Of a stretch of DNA of 32,000 nt, positions 18,110-26,020 are shown in pieces. The notes below the pieces were generated by a model. It worked only from the letters and a program-made list of their open reading frames with translations, had not been told where the DNA came from and made no database searches. Location: NCBI RefSeq assembly GCF_001465295.1, contig NZ_CP011034.1, positions 2,580,001 to 2,612,000 on the forward strand, given 5' to 3'. Origin of the DNA: Pseudoalteromonas translucida KMM 520. Its GTDB lineage: Bacteria > Pseudomonadota > Gammaproteobacteria > Enterobacterales > Alteromonadaceae. How positions within the stretch are numbered: position 1 is the stretch's first letter; each line of letters opens with the position of its first letter. A program made the translations under genes and the position numbers.

Positions 18110-18148
18110 CAAAAAAAGAGCCTTAGTGACAACACTCAGGCTCTTTTA
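18110..18148 (-). terminator. Intrinsic terminator downstream of the small DUF1566 gene, abutting the annotated exeA start
   Basis: Stem AGAGCCT(T)AGTG-ACAA-CACT(C)AGGCTCT spans 18117-18144. A7 on the plus strand gives U7 on the minus strand. Confidence 0.8.
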
Positions 18149-18218
18149 TTATTGAAATAACGTAAATTAATGTAAAAAGCGCTGCTTTAAACTTAGCTGT
18201 GCATTTACTTATATTGGA

Positions 18219-18734
18219 TTATTTTTCGTAGCGCATTAAGCGTAAATAAACACTGCTGGTTTTAGCGTGCAAACTATTTAGTCCACTGGCAAACTGATAT
18301 ACCCAAGCAGAGTTAATCGTGTTTACACCTGAGGTATTGGTCCAATAGTTTTGTAGCTTTGTGCCCAAAAACACCGACTCGTTAATACTTGGCTCTGTAC
18401 ACCTGTGTTCAACAATACTTGCTAACTCTTTAATATTTGGTACTTGCCAGTCATTATAACTTGCTGTTGTATCGTTAACTGCGCCTCGCAATGCAGCTTG
18501 CCAGGTTAATGATGGTGTAGAGCCTTCGCATGTTGCTGTAGCATTGTTATACACTTGTCCGTAACTACAACGCTGCCACATTAAACCTGTTTTGCTATCT
18601 GACACTGTGCCATCGGTATTTATTGTAAATCGCTCTGTTGGTGTTGTTTGCGTAACTGAGTCATAACAAACCCCAGCTATTACGTTAAAGCTTAAACTCA
18701 TTGCCGCAAATGTAGTTATTAATTTAAATTTCAT
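18219..18734 (-). CDS. Secreted DUF1566 (Lcl C-terminal domain-like) protein
   Basis: 171 aa with a signal peptide (MKFKLITTFAAMSLSFNVIAG). DUF1566-type motifs TGLMWQRC, WQVPNIKELASIV, INESVF, NYWT and VYLRLMR are present. SD AGGGGAAG overlaps the stop of the upstream gene (9-nt gap). Confidence 0.75.
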   Translation of the reverse strand: MKFKLITTFAAMSLSFNVIAGVCYDSVTQTTPTERFTINTDGTVSDSKTGLMWQRCSYGQVYNNATATCEGSTPSLTWQAALRGAVNDTTASYNDWQVPNIKELASIVEHRCTEPSINESVFLGTKLQNYWTNTSGVNTINSAWVYQFASGLNSLHAKTSSVYLRLMRYEK

Positions 18735-18743
18735 ATACTTCCC

Positions 18744-20405
18744 CTAACGGCTTCTAACTAAACGAACATAAGCAGTATTACTTTTTGGATAAGCAAGGTC
18801 ATTACCATCGCTCATATCTATAATATAAGCTTGCGATAAACTGGTGCCATCAACCGCTGTTTGAGAGGTCCAATAACGCAAGTGACCCAGTAAACTAACC
18901 GCAGGCATATTAGGGAAAATACTCTCATCTATTAATACATTTTGCCCTTGCTTGCCGTAATCAACTAAGCTTAGTAGCTCGGTGTAAGTGGGTACTCGCC
19001 AATTTGTGCCACCACAAAAATCTAGCGCATTTACTTCTTGTATATAGCTTTGCAATCCGCAATCGGTATTACTTGGGCAACTAGAGTTAGCAGCGCCTCT
19101 TGCACCGCCTACCTGAGGAATAGCAGATTCTGTAAGGTACCATGTGTAATGATTTTGCCCATCGCGTAATGTAGTGTTAGGTACCACACCTGACGCAGGG
19201 CTTTTAACCTCCCACACTAAACCGGTTACGTTGTCGCGAATACAACTAAAGTTTTGTGCGTCATCAGCAACTTCATCTGCAAACTCATTTAGTTTGGTGT
19301 AATCAAATGCTAAATTACCTTGCCCTACTTTGGCTAAACGATTCGCAAAGCTGTCTCGGCCAAGCTCAGCATCTTGATTTGGAAAGTCTTTACTCACACA
19401 GTTTATACGTTGAGTATTGTTGTAGCACTCCCCCACACCTGTATCGTTTATTAACCCAAGCGCTTTAGGTGCAACATCTACAAATACGCTATCATTTGCG
19501 GTGCGCCCTTTAGAATCTGTAACCATTACTTCAAAACTTAAAGTGGCGTTAGTGTCTATGTCTGAGGCATAAAAAGTAGTAATACATTGATTGCTATTAG
19601 CTAATGTTTCCGCTTTGCCGGTTAGTTGTTGCCAGTCACATTTATAAGTACTGGTTGCGGCAGCGCTGTTACTTGCATCTAAGGTTACTTTATCAAACTC
19701 GTTAACTTGCTGATCAGCTCCAGCATTGGCAATAACAACTTGCGCTGTTTTATTTAAAGTCATGTCATATTCAGAGGTTGATTCTCCTCCTTCATCATCG
19801 GTAACCGTTAATGACCACTTTAGATTTGTATGGTTTTCAAGCAATGGGTGGCTAAAGCTTAAAGTAGAATTAGTAAAACTATTAATGTTGAGGGCTGGTC
19901 CTGATATTAATTGCCACAAGTAGCTATTAATTTGACCATTAGTATCTGGATCTGTTGAGTCTGCAGCGCTTAGCGTTACGGTATCGTTATAAACTGATGG
20001 CAATACTTGCGGTGCTGTTTGGGTAATAACAGCTTGGGGTAATTGATTGTTTGAAGTAATAAAAATACTAATATCGTCATTTACTAAGCCACCACCAGCT
20101 GTTTGGTAGCTTACTCTGAGCACCAGTTCGCTGTCTGCTTTTACATCTGGTGCGGTAATGGTTTGCACTGCGCCATCGAGCGGAAACCCATCAACAATGG
20201 GGCCGCTTACGCGCTGCCAAGTAAACGTACCCTCGGTGGGTGAGCCTTTTGCAGTAATAGTAAAATCGGTTTTTTCAATAATTTGCAAATCGTTACCTGC
20301 AAATACAGAAGTTTGAATGTTATCACCATCATCAGAGCCCCCCCCACCTCCGCATGCAACCAATAGTCCACACGACAATAACGGGATTAACGCAATTGCT
20401 CTCAT
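18744..20405 (-). CDS. Lipoprotein with three tandem PKD/Ig-like repeats and a C-terminal DUF1566 (Lcl C-terminal domain-like) module
   Basis: The signal peptide has a lipobox (MRAIALIPLLSCGLLVA|C) followed by a GGGGGSDDGDN linker. Three roughly 90-aa repeats each carry a W-Q-x-(V/I/L)-(S/T)-G motif (FTWQRVSGP, YLWQLISGP, CDWQQLTGK). C-terminal motifs DTGVGECYN, QDAELGRD, TGLVWEVK, WRVPTYTELLSLV, YWTS and YVRLVR are present. The ATG at 20405 has SD AAGGGTG. The ORF track starts at a GTG at 20414. Confidence 0.75.
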   Translation of the reverse strand: MRAIALIPLLSCGLLVACGGGGGSDDGDNIQTSVFAGNDLQIIEKTDFTITAKGSPTEGTFTWQRVSGPIVDGFPLDGAVQTITAPDVKADSELVLRVSYQTAGGGLVNDDISIFITSNNQLPQAVITQTAPQVLPSVYNDTVTLSAADSTDPDTNGQINSYLWQLISGPALNINSFTNSTLSFSHPLLENHTNLKWSLTVTDDEGGESTSEYDMTLNKTAQVVIANAGADQQVNEFDKVTLDASNSAAATSTYKCDWQQLTGKAETLANSNQCITTFYASDIDTNATLSFEVMVTDSKGRTANDSVFVDVAPKALGLINDTGVGECYNNTQRINCVSKDFPNQDAELGRDSFANRLAKVGQGNLAFDYTKLNEFADEVADDAQNFSCIRDNVTGLVWEVKSPASGVVPNTTLRDGQNHYTWYLTESAIPQVGGARGAANSSCPSNTDCGLQSYIQEVNALDFCGGTNWRVPTYTELLSLVDYGKQGQNVLIDESIFPNMPAVSLLGHLRYWTSQTAVDGTSLSQAYIIDMSDGNDLAYPKSNTAYVRLVRSR

Positions 20406-20472
20406 ACTAAGCACCCTTTTATATCAAAAAATAATTAATAATTATTTATAGCAATAAAAGTGCCACTAAGTA

Positions 20473-20805
20473 CTATAAGTAACTATCTTGATGAATACGT
20501 ACAAATAACTTAGTACCTATTTTACTGTAATCAACCTTGTATTCTCGCCCATCAAGGGCTTGAATAAATAACAATCGTTTTTCTTCGCCAAACACATCGG
20601 TGCTACTAACATAAACAACTTCTAAGTAACGCTCTTTTGCGTCACGGCGGTTTTTTGGCAGTTCTTCTTTAAATGGTTCTAAGCCATTTTGGGTCACTTT
20701 AATTCGAGGATGGATCTCAGAATTAACAATGACTAAATCAAGTTTTTTGTCTTTATGTATTATGGTATTACGACCACTTTTTAAAAAAGCTCTTTCTTGG
20801 CTCAT
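20473..20805 (-). CDS. Hypothetical small soluble protein (110 aa, charged, no signal peptide)
   Basis: A clean ORF with a strong SD (AGGAA, 6-nt spacing) sits 21 nt downstream of the preceding gene. I recognise no motif. Confidence 0.6.
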   Translation of the reverse strand: MSQERAFLKSGRNTIIHKDKKLDLVIVNSEIHPRIKVTQNGLEPFKEELPKNRRDAKERYLEVVYVSSTDVFGEEKRLLFIQALDGREYKVDYSKIGTKLFVRIHQDSYL

Positions 20806-20826
20806 TATTATTCCTACTGCCGCGTT

Positions 20827-21549
20827 TTAATTACTTATTTGCGACGCTATAAATTTAAGGGGTTCGCGCTGCCATGTATTTAAGTTAGCACTAAACTCCC
20901 AAATATTTCTGTCTAATACACTCGCTGGTAATAATAGATCATAGCCTGTTAGTAACTGCAAATGCTTTGCCCTGTTGGCAAACATTGCTATTAACCCATT
21001 ATAGCTAATTCCATTTTTAGATCTATATTGTGTATCCTCTACCAGCCATTCTGATGGGCAATCGCCATTTATGCAATTCTTTTGAATTAGTTGCATAAAT
21101 AAATGACGCTGCTCGATCAATAATTTCCCTGCGATTCTAGGGGCTAAACTCGTTAAAAACTCATCCATGTCGTTTACCTTAATTCCCACCACATTAAGAT
21201 CTAAGTGCTCAAGCCCTACTGCTACCTTGGGTATACCGCTTGATTTAAAATTGCTATGAGCTAAATGCCAAACACCATATTTGTGCTGATAAGTTAACTG
21301 CTCAGCGGTTAACACTAAACTATAAAATGGCTCTTGGGTTTTAAAAAAACCAATTGTTATTGCAGCAATACACAAACTAACTAAAAAAATTTCTAAAATG
21401 CTAATTTCGCCAGGACGTAATAAATTAAACAGCATAATAAACAACAAACCAATGGCACCAACAATTAACACTTCTATGCCATGTTTAGCTCCCTGCGCAC
21501 GATACTTAATTTGCATAGCGTTGCACTCATCCATATTGATAATAAACAC
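20827..21549 (-). CDS. Hypothetical inner-membrane protein: two N-terminal TM helices plus a cytoplasmic domain of about 170 aa (possibly a DUF2982-type, bacterial-PH-like arrangement)
   Basis: TM helices are IEVLIVGAIGLLFIMLFNLL and ILEIFLVSLCIAAITIGFF. The start is uncertain among GTG 21549, ATG 21534 and ATG 21516. The family assignment is from memory only. Confidence 0.6.
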   Translation of the reverse strand: MFIINMDECNAMQIKYRAQGAKHGIEVLIVGAIGLLFIMLFNLLRPGEISILEIFLVSLCIAAITIGFFKTQEPFYSLVLTAEQLTYQHKYGVWHLAHSNFKSSGIPKVAVGLEHLDLNVVGIKVNDMDEFLTSLAPRIAGKLLIEQRHLFMQLIQKNCINGDCPSEWLVEDTQYRSKNGISYNGLIAMFANRAKHLQLLTGYDLLLPASVLDRNIWEFSANLNTWQREPLKFIASQISN

Positions 21550-21778
21550 TGTAAAAAATGAACATGATAACGCCCCACAATGCTATTTTTCTGAGCATTA
21601 AACATTTTTTGCACGACGTATTTAACTTCATAAAATACCTTTTTAAGCTCAAGCATGAGTTTATTTAATTAATTACTATAACTTTTACGCTTAATTCACA
21701 AATTAATGGGACATAATACCGCCTTTTCTCGGTGTTATTTCGTACAATAGTTATAATTTATTTTTTGGTATTAAAGCA

Positions 21779-22831
21779 ATGTACTCAAGACAATCAGGTA
21801 GAGCTCTTTTTCCATTTATTATTACACTACTCGTAATATTTAGCGTTTATTTATATTTACCCGCTAGCCAAGGTAAACAAGCCGATTTTTCACAAATGGC
21901 CACGCAAGTGTCTGCTCACACTGTTACCTCACAAGAAAATGCAGTAATGATTGAAGCTATTGGTAGTGCACGCGCTAACCAAGCTGTCTATATTACCAGC
22001 GCACAAAGTGATTACGTGACTAATATTTTCTTTGAAGATGGCGACCTAGTTAGTAAAGGCCAAAAGCTAGTACAACTGCAAAGCCAACAAGAACAAATTG
22101 CAGTAAAAGAGCTAAATATTAATTTACGCGAAGAAAAACGCCAACTCGATAGACTTACCGAACTTTCACGTTCGCAGTCAACAGCAAAGTCGCTACTTGA
22201 AGAGCAATTATCACGAGTTGATGCCACTCAAGCACAATTAGAAAGCGCTAAAACCAAACTGGCTGAAATGACCATTACCGCGCCGTTTTCTGGCATGTTG
22301 GGCAAACGTGAAATATCGATTGGTGCTTATGTAAATAATAGCTCAATTATTACCACGCTCGATGACATAAGTATCATTAAGGTAGACTTTAAAGTACCTG
22401 AAAAATATTTAGCGCAATTAGCTACTGGCATGAAAGTGCTCACTCAAAATGATGCTTATCCTGATCAAACCTTTATCGGTAAAGTAACTCATATTAGTTC
22501 GCGTATTGATTCAGTTACCCGTAGCGTAGAAGTAACCGCCAGCTTTGCAAATAATTCAGGTTTGCTACGCCCTGGTATGCTACTTAAAACAGCGTTAGAG
22601 CTAAGTAGTAACCAAGCATTAATGGTTCCAGAAAAAGCAATTATTCCGCTACAAGACAAACATTACGTATTTCAAATTTTAGACGGTGTTGCTAATCGTA
22701 TTGAAGTGCATATTGCGGGCAGAAATAACGGCTGGGTTGCTGTTGATGAAGGCTTAACCGATGGTGAGCAAATTATAACTGAAGGGCTAATAAAAATTCG
22801 CTCTGGCAGTAAAGTTAGCGTGAAGGGATAA
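21779..22831 (+). CDS. RND efflux periplasmic adaptor (membrane fusion protein, HlyD/AcrA family)
   Basis: 350 aa with an N-terminal TM anchor, a coiled-coil hairpin region and beta-barrel segments (TAPFSGMLGKREISIGAYV). It lies immediately upstream of the RND permease (3-nt gap). Confidence 0.9.
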   Translation: MYSRQSGRALFPFIITLLVIFSVYLYLPASQGKQADFSQMATQVSAHTVTSQENAVMIEAIGSARANQAVYITSAQSDYVTNIFFEDGDLVSKGQKLVQLQSQQEQIAVKELNINLREEKRQLDRLTELSRSQSTAKSLLEEQLSRVDATQAQLESAKTKLAEMTITAPFSGMLGKREISIGAYVNNSSIITTLDDISIIKVDFKVPEKYLAQLATGMKVLTQNDAYPDQTFIGKVTHISSRIDSVTRSVEVTASFANNSGLLRPGMLLKTALELSSNQALMVPEKAIIPLQDKHYVFQILDGVANRIEVHIAGRNNGWVAVDEGLTDGEQIITEGLIKIRSGSKVSVKG

Positions 22832-22834
22832 CCC

Positions 22835-25800
22835 GTGAAAATTACCGATATTAGCGTTAAACGCCCCGTTTTTGCGATTGTAATAAATCTACTTTTACTC
22901 ACCTTTGGGCTCGTTGCTTTTAGCATGCTGCCACTGCGTGAGTATCCTGATATTGAAACGCCTATTGTTAATATTAGTACCGAATATACAGGTGCTTCTG
23001 CAGAGATTATAGAAACCAAAATAACCCAAGTTATCGAAAACCGTATCTCGGGTATTGAAGGCATTAAAAGTATTAACTCATCGAGCCGTAATGGCCGCTC
23101 AAATATTACGATTGAGTTTGATATTAAGCGCGATATAGATGCTGCATCTAACGATGTGCGCGAACGTGTTGCCCGCGCCGCAGATAGCCTACCTGAACAA
23201 GTTCGCCCGCCAGAGGTGTCTAAGTCTAACAGCGATGAAAGCCCTATTGTATGGTTTGTGCTAAACAGCGAAACCATGAACTCAATGCAGTTATCTGATT
23301 ACGCACAGCGCTTTATTGTAGATCGCTTAGCTGTTGTTGATGGTGTGTCTAACGTGCGCATTGGTGGTGAGCGAAAGTACGCCATGAAAATTTGGCTAAA
23401 TCGCCAAGCAATGGCTGCTCGCGGTATTACTGCGAGCGATATAGAACAAACACTACGCACCGAAAACGTAGAGTTACCTGCAGGCGAAATTGAATCGGTT
23501 GATCGTGACTTTACTGTACGTACAGCCCGCAGTTATAAAGATCAACGCGACTTTCAAAACCTAGTAATAAAGCGCGGTGATGACGGTTACCTAGTACGCT
23601 TAAGCGAAGTGGCTGATGTACACCTAGAAGCCGCCGATGACGAGAGTTTATTTCGTGGTAATGGCCGCAATATGATTGGTTTAGGCATTGTAAAGCAAGC
23701 TAAAGCCAATACTTTAACTGTGGTTGATAACGCCCGTGCCGAACTTGAAAAAATAAAACGTAACCTGCCCGAAGGAACCACTATAGAGGATAGTTACGAC
23801 TCATCTATATTTATAAAAGAATCGATTAATGAGGTATACAGCACCCTTGCTATTTCTATGGGCTTAGTTGTATTAATTATTTTTATATTTTTAGGTAATA
23901 TTCGTGCCACCTTAATCCCTGCAGTTACTGTACCGGTGGCGCTAGTGGGTAGCTTTATGTTTTTACTCGCTATGGGTTATTCTATTAACTTACTTACTTT
24001 ACTTGCACTGGTACTAGCAATCGGCTTAGTGGTTGATGATGCCATTGTTATGTTAGAAAACATTCATCGCCGCATAGAGCTTGGCGAGCCTCCTTTATTG
24101 GCCGCTTATAGAGGCGCGCGCGAAGTGGGCTTTGCAATTATTGCCACCACTTTAGTGCTTATTTCGGTATTTGTACCCTTAGTATTTATGGATGGCCGTA
24201 TTGGTGCTTTATTTACTGAGTTTGCCATGGCGGTAAGTGCCGCAGTGTTTTTCTCAAGTATTACAGCACTTACTCTTTCACCTGCGTTATACTCTAAAGT
24301 ATTAAAAGCTTCTGAAAAAGAAAGCAAATTCAGCCAGTCAATGAACCGCTTTTTTGCTAAGGTTGAACTTAGTTATCGTAACTCGCTTGCCTCTAATATG
24401 ACCCGAAAATGGGGCTTAATGATCAGCTTGTTATTAGCCGGCTTTGTTAGTTATTCATTATTTACTCAAATACCGTCTGAGCTAACACCTAAAGAAGACC
24501 GTGGAACCTTTTTTGTTATGATGAGTGGCCCTGAAGGTGCCAGTTATGAGAACAATGCCGCTAATATGAGTAAAATTGAAGAGCGCTTAATGCCTTACTC
24601 TGAATCTGGTGAGCTAAGCCGTGTACTTGTTCGCGTACCTGGCTGGGGCGGCAGTGGCGGTGTAGCAATTGTAGGTATGGCCGATTGGGACAAACGCCAA
24701 CGTTCTACCTGGGTAATAATGGACGAAATAAGCACTAAGCTGCAGGAAGTTACCGACGTGCGAGCCTTTGCTATTATGCGCAGAGGCATTGGCGGCGGTG
24801 GTTCATCACGCCCAATTGAGTTTGTACTACAAGGTAACGATTACGCACAACTAGCCGATTGGCGCGACCGCATTATAGAGCGCGCTGAGAAAAACCCAGG
24901 GCTGGTTAGAATTGATCATGATTACAAAGAAACATTCCCACAGTTTTTAGTCAGCATAGATAAAAACAAAGCAGCCGATTTAGGTATTTCTGTATCTGAT
25001 GTAGGGCGTACACTTGAAACCATGCTAGGTCAGCGTCGTGTTACTACTTTTATAGATCGCGGCGAAGAGTATGACGTTATTTTAAAAGGCACTAAAGAAG
25101 ACTTTGCCAACCCTACTGATATATCAAACATTTATCTTAAATCACGCAGTGGCGAGCTAGTCCCACTTGATAGCTTAATTAGCTTAAAAGAAGAAGCTAC
25201 CGCATCGCGCTTAAACCGCTATAACCGTATGCGTGCTATTACTTTAAGCGCCAACTTAGCCGATGGTTATACACTTGAGCAGGCACTTAACTTTTTAAAT
25301 AAAGTGGCCATGGAAGAAAACGACATAGATGGCGCGATTGACTACAAAGGCGAGTCGCAGTTGTTTTATGAAGGTGCTTCGGCTATGACCTACGTGTTTA
25401 TTTTAGCACTTACGGTTACCTTTTTAGTACTAGCGGCACAGTTTGAAAGCTTTATGCACCCATTTGTAATAATGCTTACCGTCCCCCTTGGCTTAATGGG
25501 CGCTATGTTTGGCTTGTGGGCCACTGGCCTTACGCTCAATATTTACAGCCAAATAGGTATTGTGATGCTCATAGGGTTAAGTGCTAAAAACGGCATATTA
25601 ATTGTTGAGTTTACTAACCAACTACGCGACAAAGGCGTAGAGTTTAGCGAAGCTATTTTACAAGCCGCTACGCAGCGCCTACGCCCTATTATTATGACCT
25701 CATTAACCACAGTTATGAGTGCTGTACCATTAGTTTTAGCCTCGGGGCCGGGTGCTGAAAGCCGTATGGTAATTGGTGTTGTAGTGTTTACCGGTGTTGT

Positions 25801-25933
25801 TGTATCAACCCTACTAACGCTGTTTGTAGTACCCGCTGCTTACTATGCACTTGCGCGCAATACACAGTCACCTGAGTTTTTACAGCAAAAACTTGATAAA
25901 CAAGCCGCTAAAAAGCCATTCGAAGAGATCTAA
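22835..25933 (+). CDS. RND family efflux transporter permease (AcrB/HAE1-like)
   Basis: 1032 aa with 12-TM topology and two large periplasmic loops. Conserved TM4 (LALVLAIGLVVDDAIVMLENI) and TM10-11 segments are present. The GTG start is preceded by AAGGGA. Confidence 0.95.
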   Translation: MKITDISVKRPVFAIVINLLLLTFGLVAFSMLPLREYPDIETPIVNISTEYTGASAEIIETKITQVIENRISGIEGIKSINSSSRNGRSNITIEFDIKRDIDAASNDVRERVARAADSLPEQVRPPEVSKSNSDESPIVWFVLNSETMNSMQLSDYAQRFIVDRLAVVDGVSNVRIGGERKYAMKIWLNRQAMAARGITASDIEQTLRTENVELPAGEIESVDRDFTVRTARSYKDQRDFQNLVIKRGDDGYLVRLSEVADVHLEAADDESLFRGNGRNMIGLGIVKQAKANTLTVVDNARAELEKIKRNLPEGTTIEDSYDSSIFIKESINEVYSTLAISMGLVVLIIFIFLGNIRATLIPAVTVPVALVGSFMFLLAMGYSINLLTLLALVLAIGLVVDDAIVMLENIHRRIELGEPPLLAAYRGAREVGFAIIATTLVLISVFVPLVFMDGRIGALFTEFAMAVSAAVFFSSITALTLSPALYSKVLKASEKESKFSQSMNRFFAKVELSYRNSLASNMTRKWGLMISLLLAGFVSYSLFTQIPSELTPKEDRGTFFVMMSGPEGASYENNAANMSKIEERLMPYSESGELSRVLVRVPGWGGSGGVAIVGMADWDKRQRSTWVIMDEISTKLQEVTDVRAFAIMRRGIGGGGSSRPIEFVLQGNDYAQLADWRDRIIERAEKNPGLVRIDHDYKETFPQFLVSIDKNKAADLGISVSDVGRTLETMLGQRRVTTFIDRGEEYDVILKGTKEDFANPTDISNIYLKSRSGELVPLDSLISLKEEATASRLNRYNRMRAITLSANLADGYTLEQALNFLNKVAMEENDIDGAIDYKGESQLFYEGASAMTYVFILALTVTFLVLAAQFESFMHPFVIMLTVPLGLMGAMFGLWATGLTLNIYSQIGIVMLIGLSAKNGILIVEFTNQLRDKGVEFSEAILQAATQRLRPIIMTSLTTVMSAVPLVLASGPGAESRMVIGVVVFTGVVVSTLLTLFVVPAAYYALARNTQSPEFLQQKLDKQAAKKPFEEI

Positions 25934-25942
25934 CCTCCTAAT

Positions 25943-25973
25943 AGCGTCGTAACCTTGTTGTTACGACGCTTTA
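25943..25973 (+). terminator. Probable terminator downstream of the RND operon
   Basis: An 11-bp stem AGCGTCGTAAC-CTTGTT-GTTACGACGCT is present. The trailing T-tract is weak (TTTAGAC). Confidence 0.55.
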
Positions 25974-26020
25974 GACTTATGCTCTGCATAATCTAAACTT
26001 ACAGCTATTTTGGAGTATTT

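Noticed and set aside
18072-18110. Possible promoter TTGCCA-N17-TTACCA spanning the G7 tract in front of exeA (poly-G in a promoter spacer)
   Set aside because: The -10 hexamer matches TATAAT at only one position. A transcript starting there would remove the SD of the GTG start. I kept it only as context in the exeA 5' end finding.
20473-20805. Possible PilZ-type c-di-GMP binding motif in the 110-aa protein (NRRDAKER)
   Set aside because: The spacing is RRxxxxR rather than RxxxR, and no D/NxSxxG motif follows. The match is not supported.
21398-21656. 67-aa (plus) and 60-aa (minus) ORFs in or near the 5' end of the 240-aa membrane-protein gene
   Set aside because: They overlap the better-supported gene or the AT-rich divergent promoter region. 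They have no SD and an implausible composition.
22672-23277. 201-aa minus-strand ORF spanning the adaptor/permease junction of the RND operon
   Set aside because: It is the longest shadow ORF in the window, but it is entirely antisense to two strongly supported genes. It is Ser/Ile/Leu-rich, with no SD and no recognisable motif.
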